A stretch of 24,000 nucleotides of DNA, taken from assembly GCA_902475005.1 (NCBI GenBank), contig CABRXV010000017.1, positions 7,354-31,353 on the forward strand. The letters are read 5' to 3'. Below, piece after piece: positions 14,088 to 22,826 of this stretch (the first letter of the stretch is position 1; each line of letters begins with the position of its first letter). The stretch is from an uncultured Eggerthellaceae bacterium. Lineage in GTDB: Bacteria; Actinomycetota; Coriobacteriia; Coriobacteriales; Eggerthellaceae. Made by a program: the position numbers and the translations under genes. A model generated the notes under the pieces. That model had not been told where the DNA came from. It did no database searches and was given only the letters and a program-made list of their open reading frames with translations.

Positions 14088-14774
14088 ATGGATCGTTTGG
14101 GCGTTATCTTCGACTGCGACGGCACGTTGCTCGACTCGATGGGCGTATGGCGCGAACTCGAGGCCGAGCTGGGGCGTCGCGCGCATGCGACGGTGACGCC
14201 GAAGGACACGGAGATCCTCTGCACGCTCAACGTTCCCGAGTCGGCCCAGTACTTCCACGATCGTTTCGGCTTGGGGGAATCGGGCGCCGACGTCGAGCGC
14301 ATGATGGACGAATTCATTCTCGAGTACTACCGCGAACGTGCCGAAGCGCGGCCGGGAGCGCTCGCGTTCGTGCGCGCGCTGGCCGAGCGCGGCGTGGCGA
14401 TGAGCGTGGCGTCGTCGAGCCCGCAGACGTACCTGCAGGCGGGGCTTGCCCACGCGGGGCTTGCGCCGTATCTGGAGGCTGTGGTGTCGGTGGAGGACGT
14501 GGGGTCGACGAAGCGCGAGCCGCACGTGTACGACCACGCGCGCGAGCTCATGGGCACTTCGCTTGAGTTCACCTGGGGTTTCGAGGATTCCATCTACGCG
14601 GTGCGCACGCTTGCGAATGCGGGCTACGGCGTGGTAGGCGTGTTCGACCGCGATGACTCGGGTACGATGGAAGAGCTCGAAGCGGAGTCTGACCTCGCGA
14701 TTCGCAGCTTCGAAGACCTCGATCCCGACGCCTTCTGCAAAGCAGTCCGCGAACGAGCAGCCCACCTGCGATAG
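14088..14774 (+). CDS. HAD-superfamily hydrolase (subfamily IA, beta-phosphoglucomutase-like)
   Basis: Motif I is VIFDCDGTLLDS, motif II VASSS, the motif III Lys lies in GSTKREPHVY, and motif IV is GFEDSIYAV. ATG 14088 is preceded by GGAAAGGG. The track ORF starts earlier, at 14034. Confidence 0.85.
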   Translation: MDRLGVIFDCDGTLLDSMGVWRELEAELGRRAHATVTPKDTEILCTLNVPESAQYFHDRFGLGESGADVERMMDEFILEYYRERAEARPGALAFVRALAERGVAMSVASSSPQTYLQAGLAHAGLAPYLEAVVSVEDVGSTKREPHVYDHARELMGTSLEFTWGFEDSIYAVRTLANAGYGVVGVFDRDDSGTMEELEAESDLAIRSFEDLDPDAFCKAVRERAAHLR

Positions 14775-14917
14775 GGAGCGCGTTGCCGACCGAGCGTGGC
14801 GCTGTTCGGTTTTACGCGAATGGGCAAACGGGGTGCGGGCCTCTATTCAAGCGGGAAGAAGCGCCGCTACAATGATAGCGTGCATGAATGATCGCCTGCT
14901 GACTCGAGGGGGCTGCC

Positions 14918-15682
14918 ATGAGGAGAGGGCGTCTGTCTCTGTTTGCCTGCGCTCGACGCTGCGAGCTTTTCGGCGCGATGATGCTTGGGGCGCTGATTGT
15001 GGCTACGATGCTCTGCCTTGCAGGTTGCTCCGCACCTGCATCATCGGAGGATGCACATGATGTTGCGCTGACGGGTACGGCGACGCTCGGGCGCGTGTCG
15101 GTCGGCTGCCCCGATGGTCTGACGGAGCGGGCACGCGACGACGAAAGCAGGCAAGTCACTGCAACGACGCCGGATGGCGCTTCCAAATCCTATGGGCATA
15201 AGCAGGCTTTCTACGACAAAGGCGACTCGATGACGGTGGAAGAGGACGTCACGATGCTCATGCTTCACGAGTACGAGGGCGTTACGTTCGAGGAGGCGCT
15301 TGCGTACGCACAAGACAAGGCGCGCACGGGCGTGGAAGATGCGGTCGCAAATGCTTCCCAAACAGAGGAGAAGTGGCATCTGCAGGAAGGCATGGTGGCG
15401 AATACGATGGAGGGTGTTGTATTCGCCGAACCTGAGATGCTCACTGTCGGCGGGCATGACGCTTATGCCGCATTCATGACGAAGAAGGTTGGCGGAGAGC
15501 TGGTGGCCGCATCGATGACGTGCTGCATCCGTCTCGACGAGGACGCGATTGGCGTGATCGAACTGGTGGATCAGGGGAAGTACACGGTGCGGGATGGCAG
15601 GATCGAGCTGATAGAGCCGCTCGACGAAGCTTCATTTGAAACGCTCGCGGACGTTCTGATCGCAAGCGTCGTCGTGTCGTAG
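14918..15682 (+). CDS. Hypothetical lipoprotein
   Basis: The N-terminus MRRGRLSLF...GALIVATMLCLAGCSAP has a signal peptide with an L-A-G-C lipobox. GAGGGGG lies 6 nt upstream of the ATG. I recognise no family. Confidence 0.6.
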   Translation: MRRGRLSLFACARRCELFGAMMLGALIVATMLCLAGCSAPASSEDAHDVALTGTATLGRVSVGCPDGLTERARDDESRQVTATTPDGASKSYGHKQAFYDKGDSMTVEEDVTMLMLHEYEGVTFEEALAYAQDKARTGVEDAVANASQTEEKWHLQEGMVANTMEGVVFAEPEMLTVGGHDAYAAFMTKKVGGELVAASMTCCIRLDEDAIGVIELVDQGKYTVRDGRIELIEPLDEASFETLADVLIASVVVS

Positions 15683-15846
15683 TGATCTCGCCTTTCTTGT
15701 GTCCTTTGCCCGTGCATTTTGGTGAAGGTGGGAGACGACGACGGGCACGCTTCATTCTATGTAGCATTCGCTTGATGTGCGGCTTTCGTTAGCCGCTGCC
15801 AGTGGAGTGCGGTCTGCGGAGCGCGGGCTCCGTGCCCTGCGTGTTC

Positions 15847-16068
15847 CTAGTCCCAGGGGTTCTCTTCGAACAGGGGTGTTTTCTCGTGGCGATCCGAGTA
15901 GGGGTCGTAGCCGTCGTCATCCTCGTTCTCGGCGCGTACGAAGGGGTCGGGCATAGGCGGAGCGGACGAAGCCGGTGACCCGTTCTTCGGCGCGACGGGC
16001 TTGTAGACCACGCGCGCGTGCGGGTCGTTCGCGAAGCGGTCGGCTGTGTGCGGCGATGCGTCGCTCAT
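15847..16068 (-). CDS. Small acidic hypothetical protein (73 aa)
   Basis: ATG 16066-16068 is preceded by GGAAAGGAG. The protein reads MSDASPHTADRFANDPHARVVYKPVAPKNG...ENEDDDGYDPYSDRHEKTPLFEENPWD. The longer track ORF (to 16350) runs through palindromic repeat c, so it is unlikely to be real. Confidence 0.5.
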   Translation of the reverse strand: MSDASPHTADRFANDPHARVVYKPVAPKNGSPASSAPPMPDPFVRAENEDDDGYDPYSDRHEKTPLFEENPWD

Positions 16069-16127
16069 GACGGCTCCTTTCCCTCGTTGTGTTCGCGGCT
16101 GGGGTGCGATCTGGCATGCAGTCGGTG

Positions 16128-16157
16128 CAGAATGTTTCACGTGAAACATTCGTTCGC
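16128..16157 (+). repeat. Dispersed palindromic repeat, copy c
   Basis: cagaatgtttcacgtgaaacattcgttcgc, identical over 30 nt to copy d. Confidence 0.9.
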
Positions 16158-16194
16158 TGTTAAAAGCGGCGAAACTGCTCAAGCTGATTGTAGG

Positions 16195-16236
16195 CGAAAA
16201 AACGCCCCGCTCGTCATCGCCGTCGAGCGGGGCGTT
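16195..16236 (-). terminator. Rho-independent terminator (minus strand), probably ending the metA transcript
   Basis: cgccccgctcg (16203-16213) pairs with cgagcggggcg (16224-16234). On the minus strand it is followed by UUUUUU (plus strand aaaaaa, 16197-16202). Confidence 0.65.
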
Positions 16237-16367
16237 CATGATCCGCGGCAGGTGCCGCGTTTGGTGCGGATCAAGTGCGGCGCATCGTGCTGCGCGGGTC
16301 GGGTGTCTCGCCTCGCGCGGATCAGGCACCTCGTGCAATGTGGCGCTCATTGCACGCCTCGTGTCTC

Positions 16368-16402
16368 AGAATGTTTCACGTGAAACATTCGTTCGCGTGA
16401 AA
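16368..16402 (+). repeat. Dispersed palindromic repeat, copy d (with an extra GTGAAACA half-site)
   Basis: cagaatgtttcacgtgaaacattcgttcgcgtgaaaca. Confidence 0.9.
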
Positions 16403-16606
16403 CAGGACGTGCAGGACGTACGATTCGGCGCGCGGCCCAGCGTTCCCGCGCTTGCGACTCAGTGCCCGTGGCGCGCGCCTTGCTTCCGCATGCATCCATC
16501 GGCGCACGCGCACTCCCGTCCGCGCCCCAGCATCCGCTTCCCCGCGCCCCGCATGCGCGTCTCGCGCGCCCAGCGTCCGCTTCCGCGCCCCGCGCCCTGC
16601 TCGCGC

Positions 16607-17536
16607 CTACCGCGCCTCGCTGCCGATGGCGTCGATGTCGTACGGCGTGGTCTGGTACACGTAGTAGTTCAGCCAGTTGGTGTAGAGTAGCTGCGCGTGC
16701 GAACGCCATGTGGAGATGGGCTCTTGCGTGGGGTCGTCGTTGGGGTAGTAGTGCGCGGGGATGTCGATGTCGAGGCCCTTCGCCACGTCGCGGTCGTACT
16801 CGGCCTTGAGCGTGCCACGGTCGTACTCGGGGTGGCCGAACACGAAGAAGTTCGACGAGTCGGTCGACTTCGCGATGTACACGCCCGCCTCGTCGGACAC
16901 GGCGATGAGCTCGAGCTCGGGATGCGCCTCGATGTCCTCCGCGAGCACCTCGGTGTAGCGCGAGTGCGGCGCCTTGAACACGTCGTCGAAGCCGCGGCAC
17001 AGCGGCGAGGTGCGCTTCACCACGTCGTGGTCGAACACGCCGAACACCTTCTTCTCAAGCTCGTGCTTCGGCACGCCGTAGTGGTAGTAGATGCCGGCCT
17101 GCGCACCCCAGCAGATATGCAGCGTGGAGTGCACGTTGGTCTTCGACCACTCCATGATCTCGCACAGCTCGTCCCAGTAGTCCACGTCTTCGAAGTCGAG
17201 CAGCTCAACGGGCGCGCCTGTGATGATGAGGCCGTCGTAGTGCTTGTCGCGCACGTCGTCGAAGGTGGTGTAGAACGTCTCGAGGTGCTCGGCAGCCACG
17301 TTCTTCGCGTCGTGGCTCACGGTTTGCAGCAGGTCGACCTCGATCTGCAGCGGTGTGTTCGACAGCTTGCGCATGATCTGAGTCTCGGTGACGATTTTGG
17401 TGGGCATGAGGTTGAGGAGCAGCACCTTCAACGGACGAATGTCCTGATGAATGGCTCGGTACTCCGTCATCACGAAAATGTTTTCCTTTTCGAGCTCCGC
17501 AGTTGCGGGCAGCGCATCGGGGATGCGAATAGGCAT
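16607..17536 (-). CDS. metA: Homoserine O-acyltransferase (MetA family)
   Basis: [11 protein letters not shown]...[35 protein letters not shown]...ICWGAQAG..., the classical MetA N-terminus and active-site region. ATG 17534-17536 is preceded by GAAAGGAG. Confidence 0.93.
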   Translation of the reverse strand: MPIRIPDALPATAELEKENIFVMTEYRAIHQDIRPLKVLLLNLMPTKIVTETQIMRKLSNTPLQIEVDLLQTVSHDAKNVAAEHLETFYTTFDDVRDKHYDGLIITGAPVELLDFEDVDYWDELCEIMEWSKTNVHSTLHICWGAQAGIYYHYGVPKHELEKKVFGVFDHDVVKRTSPLCRGFDDVFKAPHSRYTEVLAEDIEAHPELELIAVSDEAGVYIAKSTDSSNFFVFGHPEYDRGTLKAEYDRDVAKGLDIDIPAHYYPNDDPTQEPISTWRSHAQLLYTNWLNYYVYQTTPYDIDAIGSEAR

Positions 17537-18076
17537 GGTGACTCCTTTCACGGCGCAGGGCGCGGTCGCGTTCGCATGCGTGCTGCATGCCCGTGTTCTG
17601 GAAGGCTGCGGTGAGGTCGCAGCGCATGGGCGCGCTCGCGTGCGCGTTGCATACTATAAAGGAAGCGCATGCGTCGCGCGGGCGTGTTTGGAAGATCGTC
17701 ACATGCGAGGCGATACGCGTTTCGCGGAACTGGCTATCGAAATAATCGCGAACGGGATTATCGCATCGAAAGCTAGAGGCGAGCGCATGGTCGCTAGAGC
17801 ACTGGAGATCACGGGGCTCGCACCGCTGGTGCGTCGTCCCGTGGCGGTGCTCTCGGGCAGCCCTATGTGCTCAGCGCGCAGGCGCCTTCGCCTTCCGCGC
17901 AGTTCGCGCGTTCCAATGGCGGCGAAGGCCCTCGGAAAATCGAAGCGTCCGCTGTGGCGGCCGAGGCCGCTGACGCGCCTGCCGCCGAGGCATCTTCGGA
18001 AGCCGATGAGCCTGCCGACGGGCCGCATGATGCGGCGGGCACCGTACGATGCAACGAAGAAGAAAGGGATCCGACC

Positions 18077-18541
18077 ATGAACGTCTCCGCTGAACGCGCT
18101 GCTGCGCCGAATCCTGCAATATCCGCTGAGGCTTCCGAGCCGTCCGCTCCCGCACGCCGCTTTCGCACGGTGTGGGCCGTCCTCGGCTTTGTGGCTTTCG
18201 CGCTCGGCGCGGTGGGCGTGGTGATTCCCGTCTTTCCCGCCACGCCGTTCGTGCTGGTGGCGGCCTTCTGCTTCGCGCGCAGCTCTGAGCGGCTGAACAC
18301 GTGGTTCAAAGGCACGGCACTGTACCGCAAAGTGCTCGAAGGCTATGTGTCGAAGCGCTCGATGACGGTGAAGGCGAAGCTCTCGATCATCGTGCCGGTG
18401 ACCGTTCTGCTGACCGTCGGGTTCGTGCTCATGGCGAATGTGCCAGTGGGGCGCGCCGCGCTCGTGCTCGTGTGGCTCGGGCATATCGTCTACTTCGGCT
18501 TCGTGGTGAAGACCGATCGGAACGCGGCGGCAGCCGAATAG
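18077..18541 (+). CDS. YbaN/DUF454-family inner-membrane protein
   Basis: LGFVAFALGAVGVVIPVFPATPFVLVAAFCFARSSERLNTWF is the hallmark DUF454 N-terminal block. ATG 18077 is preceded by GAAAGGGA. An in-frame upstream start at 17867 cannot be excluded. Confidence 0.75.
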   Translation: MNVSAERAAAPNPAISAEASEPSAPARRFRTVWAVLGFVAFALGAVGVVIPVFPATPFVLVAAFCFARSSERLNTWFKGTALYRKVLEGYVSKRSMTVKAKLSIIVPVTVLLTVGFVLMANVPVGRAALVLVWLGHIVYFGFVVKTDRNAAAAE

Positions 18542-18958
18542 CGCGCGGTGGGGGGTGTCCTCGACGGCGTGACGCGGGTGTAGCGGCCTGCGTGCACAGC
18601 GGGACGGGATGTGGTTCGTGGCGGCGCGGGCCCGTGCGCCTCACTCCGGCGGCCTGCGCACTCGGCGGCCTGCGTGCTCGCCAGCGAGCGAACCCCGCGT
18701 TCCTCGCCCGACGTCACCCTTTCGCAGCCGCCATCCTGGAATGCTCCAACGGGCTATCGATAAAAACGTGTACCTGACTATCGGTTGAAAAACTATAATG
18801 AACGCCGCGCTTGTTCTGCCTAGAATGCGCGTAGGCAATTCCGCAGCAGCCGTGGTTTGGCGGCGGATGCGGCCCGATGCAAGCCGGCTTGCGCGGTCGG
18901 CGGCAGCATCGGGTAACTGGAGCAGTGACATCAACCGTATATATGTGAGGAAGCCATC

Positions 18959-20239
18959 ATGACCCAATCCATCGACACCATTTGCGTGCAGGGCGGCTAC
19001 CGCCCCGGCGACGGCGAGCCGCGCCAGGTGCCCATCTACCAGTCCACCACGTGGAAGTACGACACCTCCGAGCACATGGGGCGTCTGTTCGACCTCGAGG
19101 AGACGGGCTACTTCTACACGCGCCTGCAGAACCCCACCAACGACGCGGTTGCGGCGAAGATCGCCGAGCTCGAGGGCGGCACGGCGGCCATGCTCACGTC
19201 GTCGGGCCAGGCGGCCAACTTCTTCGCCGTGTTCAACATCGCGGGCAACGGCGATCACGTAGTGGCGAGCTCCGCCATCTACGGCGGCACGTACAACCTG
19301 CTGCTGCACACGATGGGCCGCATGGGCCTCGAGTGCACGTTCGTCTCGCCCCACTGCACCGACGAGGAGCTCGAGGCGGCGTTCCGTCCCAACACCAAGT
19401 GCGTGTTCGGCGAGACCATCGCCAACCCCGCGCTCGAGGTGCTCGACATCGAGCGCTTCGCGAAGGCCGCGCACGCGCACGGCGTGCCGCTCATCGTGGA
19501 CAACACGTTCCCCACGCCGGTGAACTGCCGCCCGATCGAGTGGGGCGCCGACATCGTGACGCACTCCACCACCAAGTATATGGACGGCCACGGGGCAGCG
19601 GTCGGCGGCGCCATCGTCGACTCGGGCAACTTCGACTGGATGGCCCACGCCGACAAGTTTCCCGGTCTCACCACGCCCGACGAGAGCTACCACGGCATCG
19701 TGTACGCTGAGAAGTTCGGCAAGGCGGGCGCCTTCATCACCAAGGCAACGGCCCAGCTCATGCGCGATTTCGGCTGCATCCAGAGCCCGCAGAACGCGTT
19801 CTACCTGAACAACGGCCTTGAGAGCCTGCACGTGCGCATGCCGCAGCACTGCAAGAACGGCCAGGCGGTGGCCGAGTTCCTGCAGCAGCATCCGAAGGTG
19901 CGCTTCGTGCGCTTCCCGAATCTGCCGGGCGACGAGAACTACGAGCTCGCGCAGAAGTATCTGCCGAACGGCGGCTGCGGTGTGGTGAGCTTCGGCTTCA
20001 CGGGCGGTCGTGCGGCGGCCGAGACGTTCATGAAGAGCCTCAAGCTCGCCCAGATCGCCACGCACGTGGCCGACGCGCGCACCTGCGTGCTGCATCCCGC
20101 GAATGCGACGCATCGCCAGATGAACGATGCCGAGCTCGTGGCGGCGGGCATCGAGCCGGATATGGTGCGCCTGTCCTGCGGCATCGAGAACACCGAGGAC
20201 CTCATCGCTGACATCGCCCAGGCGCTCGACGCCTGTTAA
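18959..20239 (+). CDS. metY: O-acetylhomoserine sulfhydrylase (aminocarboxypropyltransferase), PLP-dependent
   Basis: Cys/Met-metabolism PLP-enzyme pattern: YTRLQNPTNDAVAAKIAELEGG, HSTTKYMDGHG (PLP lysine), and a C-terminal LSCGIENTEDLIADI. GAGGAAG lies upstream of the ATG. Confidence 0.9.
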   Translation: MTQSIDTICVQGGYRPGDGEPRQVPIYQSTTWKYDTSEHMGRLFDLEETGYFYTRLQNPTNDAVAAKIAELEGGTAAMLTSSGQAANFFAVFNIAGNGDHVVASSAIYGGTYNLLLHTMGRMGLECTFVSPHCTDEELEAAFRPNTKCVFGETIANPALEVLDIERFAKAAHAHGVPLIVDNTFPTPVNCRPIEWGADIVTHSTTKYMDGHGAAVGGAIVDSGNFDWMAHADKFPGLTTPDESYHGIVYAEKFGKAGAFITKATAQLMRDFGCIQSPQNAFYLNNGLESLHVRMPQHCKNGQAVAEFLQQHPKVRFVRFPNLPGDENYELAQKYLPNGGCGVVSFGFTGGRAAAETFMKSLKLAQIATHVADARTCVLHPANATHRQMNDAELVAAGIEPDMVRLSCGIENTEDLIADIAQALDAC

Positions 20240-20259
20240 AGAAGCGGAGAGGGGATGGG

Positions 20260-20294
20260 GGCGCCCTCTCTACGTGAGGGCGCCTCTTCTTTTG
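20260..20294 (+). terminator. Rho-independent terminator after metY
   Basis: ggcgccctc (20260-20268) pairs with gagggcgcc (20276-20284) around a 7-nt loop and is followed by tcttcttttg. Confidence 0.7.
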
Positions 20295-20379
20295 CGGCGT
20301 GCGGTGACGGTAGGCGTTTTTGGTGCCTCATCCGTCGCCATGGTGCGACGATCTTCGTGCACACTGCGCGCGGACACGT

Positions 20380-20580
20380 AAAACGCGGAAAATGCAGGAA
20401 AATCACCGAAGTATGTGGAAGCCGTCCCGCGAGGGCGGCTTCCTTGCGTTTCGTCCTAGCAAAACGCCTGGTGGCGCGGCGCGGCGAAACCTTCGACGCG
20501 TTTCCGGGCGGCTCGCAACCGCTTCGCTTAGGATACTTCGGTGATTTTTCGGAAGATTTTTCGAATAACGTGTCCGCGCC
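20380..20580. repeat. About 200-bp inverted-repeat-bounded element, copy B
   Basis: gaaaatcaccgaagta (20398-20413) faces tacttcggtgatttttc (20534-20550). The right flank ...tttttcgaataacgtgtccgcgcc matches copy A. The interior differs from copy A: a GC-rich hairpin ggaagccg...cggcttcc at 20417-20443. Confidence 0.8.
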
Positions 20581-20672
20581 GGCGCCCCTTCCCCGATTTC
20601 GCCATTCGCGCGCACCCTCGGCGGCGCGGTATCATGGAAGCAGCATGTTCCCGCGCTGAATCGAGGTGCCTC

Positions 20673-22727
20673 ATGAGCTGCGCCCACCCGTCGATGCCAC
20701 GCCCGCTCGCTACACGCACGCCTGCCGCACGCCTGCTCGCTGCGTGCGCGGCTGTTCTCATCTGCGCTTGTGCGTTCGTGTTGCTTGCGGCGTCGCCCCA
20801 GCAAGCGCTCGCCAAAAGCTACTCCATGCCCGAGGTGACCATCGACGCCACGCTCGATGACGAGGGGACGCTCGACGTAACCGAGCGGCGCACGTTCAGC
20901 TTCTCCGGCAGTTTCACCTGCGTGTGGTGGGAATTCGACTCGTTCGGTTACAACTCCGAGATGACGGTGGAGTCGGTCGAACTCGAGCAGGACGGCAGAA
21001 CTACCGATCTCGTTCCCGTGGACTTCCGCCCGTCGTGGCGCAATTCGGGCGGGCCGGGCACGACCTGCTACTCCGTCGACGAAGCATATGACGGCGTTTA
21101 TGTGTTCTTCGACGTTCAGTCTGAGGAAATCGTCGTCACGCTCCACTATAAGGTGGAGCCCATGGCGACGCGCTACAGCGACGTATGCGAGCTGTATTGG
21201 AAGTTCGTCGGCTCGGAATGGGAGAACGCCACACGCGATGTGAACCTCACGCTGCATCTGCCCAAGCCCGCCGACGCGACCGTGACGGCAGGCGACAACG
21301 TGCGCGCCTGGGCTCACGGTCCGCTCGACGGCACGGTGGAAATCGGCGATGACGGTTCGATCACCTGCGCGTTCCCTCGTATCGAGCCCGGTTCGTTCGC
21401 TGAGGTGCGTACCACCTTCCCCGCCGATTGGCTGGCGGCCGACGCGCCTGTCGAAACCTGGAGCTACGACAAGCTTTCCTCCATCATCGATGAGGAGACC
21501 GCCTGGGCGAACGACGCCAACGCCACCAGATCGCGGTCGGTCATGCTGTATGTGGGCTTCTTCGGCGTTTGCGTGATCTTCGTTATCGTGGCGGTTGTGC
21601 TCTTTTTCAAGTTCGGGCGCGAGTACAAGCCGAAGTTCAAGGAGGAGTATTGGCGCGACGTTCCCGACCCGAAGGTCCATCCGCTCGTGGTGAAGTACAA
21701 CGAGAGCTGGGGAACCATAACGACGGAGGACTTCTCCACCGAGCTCATGCACCTCACCGAAATCGGTGCGATCTATCTGGGGCGGGGCAGTTTCGCGAAG
21801 CCGGTGGTTGAGCTTCCTACGGCGTTTCGCACGGCGGCGGCTTCGCTGTTCGGGCAGCAGGCGGTCGATGAGCGCATCGCGCAAGGCGGCTACGTCAACG
21901 TGGAGGACTACTACGTGGCGAAGCTGCCGGCGGCGAACGACCTGCGCAACCCCATCGACATGGCGGCGCTCGACCTCGTGTTCGGACGCGTAGGCGGCGG
22001 GGCCGATTCGGTGTGGCTCGAATCGTTCAAGCTGTTCGGCAAGCGCGATCCCGCATTCGCGCAGGCGTGCTTCGACAGCTGGCGGCGCACGGTCTCGCAG
22101 CAGGGCGGTTTGGCGCAGCTCATAGAGAAGCCAGGCAGAAAGCTGCGCGGGACGATCGGCTCTATCAGCTTGCTTATCGGCATAGTCAGCATGATTCTCG
22201 GCGCGCAGGTCAGCAACGTGTTTTTCCTTGGTTTGGCGGTGACCGTTTTGACGTATCTGTTCATCGCCCGGTTCATGCCGCGCCGGTCGCGCCGCGGGTG
22301 CGAGCTGCATGCCAAGGCGCAGGCGCTCGAGAAATGGCTCAAGGATTTCACGCTGCTCGACGAACGTCTTCCCGAGGACGTGAAAACGTGGGGTAGCTTC
22401 ATGGTGTACGCCACGATGTTCGGCATCGCTGATCAGGTGATCGACGCGCTGCGCGTGAGGCTGCCCGAGGTGTACGACGCGTCGGTTGGCGCCAACGCGA
22501 CGGGCGGCGCTCATTGGCATGCGTCGAATTGGGGCGCATGGTTCGCCCACGACGGCTTTGGCGGCACGTCGCTCGGGTCGAGCTCGGCGTTCTCGGCGTT
22601 CGCCACGTCGATCGGCGGTGCGTTTTCGGCCCCGTCGAGCGGAAGCGGCTCGGGCGGCGGCGCTTCCGGTGGAGGATTCTCTGGCGGTGGCGGCGGAGGA
22701 GGCGGCGGCGGTGGCGGCGCCCGCTAA
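20673..22727 (+). CDS. DUF2207-domain membrane protein with Gly-rich C-terminal tail
   Basis: Signal/TM segment followed by YSMPEVTIDATLDDEGTLDVTERRTFSFSGSFTCVWWEF (DUF2207 N-terminal signature). There are internal TM helices and a C-terminal SGSGSGGGASGGGFSGGGGGGGGGGGGAR. ATG 20673 is preceded by GAGGTG. Confidence 0.8.
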   Translation: MSCAHPSMPRPLATRTPAARLLAACAAVLICACAFVLLAASPQQALAKSYSMPEVTIDATLDDEGTLDVTERRTFSFSGSFTCVWWEFDSFGYNSEMTVESVELEQDGRTTDLVPVDFRPSWRNSGGPGTTCYSVDEAYDGVYVFFDVQSEEIVVTLHYKVEPMATRYSDVCELYWKFVGSEWENATRDVNLTLHLPKPADATVTAGDNVRAWAHGPLDGTVEIGDDGSITCAFPRIEPGSFAEVRTTFPADWLAADAPVETWSYDKLSSIIDEETAWANDANATRSRSVMLYVGFFGVCVIFVIVAVVLFFKFGREYKPKFKEEYWRDVPDPKVHPLVVKYNESWGTITTEDFSTELMHLTEIGAIYLGRGSFAKPVVELPTAFRTAAASLFGQQAVDERIAQGGYVNVEDYYVAKLPAANDLRNPIDMAALDLVFGRVGGGADSVWLESFKLFGKRDPAFAQACFDSWRRTVSQQGGLAQLIEKPGRKLRGTIGSISLLIGIVSMILGAQVSNVFFLGLAVTVLTYLFIARFMPRRSRRGCELHAKAQALEKWLKDFTLLDERLPEDVKTWGSFMVYATMFGIADQVIDALRVRLPEVYDASVGANATGGAHWHASNWGAWFAHDGFGGTSLGSSSAFSAFATSIGGAFSAPSSGSGSGGGASGGGFSGGGGGGGGGGGGAR

Positions 22728-22826
22728 GCCGCGCCGGATACCCGATAATATCGTCCGCCAACGGCGGCGGGCGCGAGGGTCGAGCGGCGCCCGCGGGTGC
22801 CGCGTCGAGCAAAGAAAGCTGAGGAC

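Noticed and set aside
17451-18080. 209-aa plus-strand ORF, and the 70-codon N-terminal extension of the YbaN-like gene (start 17867)
   Set aside because: ORF 17451 begins inside the 5' end of metA on the opposite strand and has no motif. The YbaN family domain begins just after ATG 18077, which has its own SD-like GAAAGGGA. The extension is Ala/Glu/Pro-rich low-complexity sequence. The extension is not fully excluded.
18860-18915. Calling a SAM-I or SAM-IV riboswitch as a feature
   Set aside because: Only partial string similarity to the S-box core and to a SAM-IV hairpin was found. I could not identify a P1 helix or the conserved GGCAACC junction. It is kept as a hypothesis in the findings rather than annotated as a feature.
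10834-20113. ORFs 10834..12156(+), 12737..13627(+), 14067..14765(-), 16697..17614(+), 16347..17000(-), 17699..18484(-) and 18641..20113(-)
   Set aside because: Each is the antisense partner of a confidently assigned gene (rsr, ATPase, HAD, metA, ybaN, metY). Each has biased Arg/His/Gly/Ala composition without motifs.
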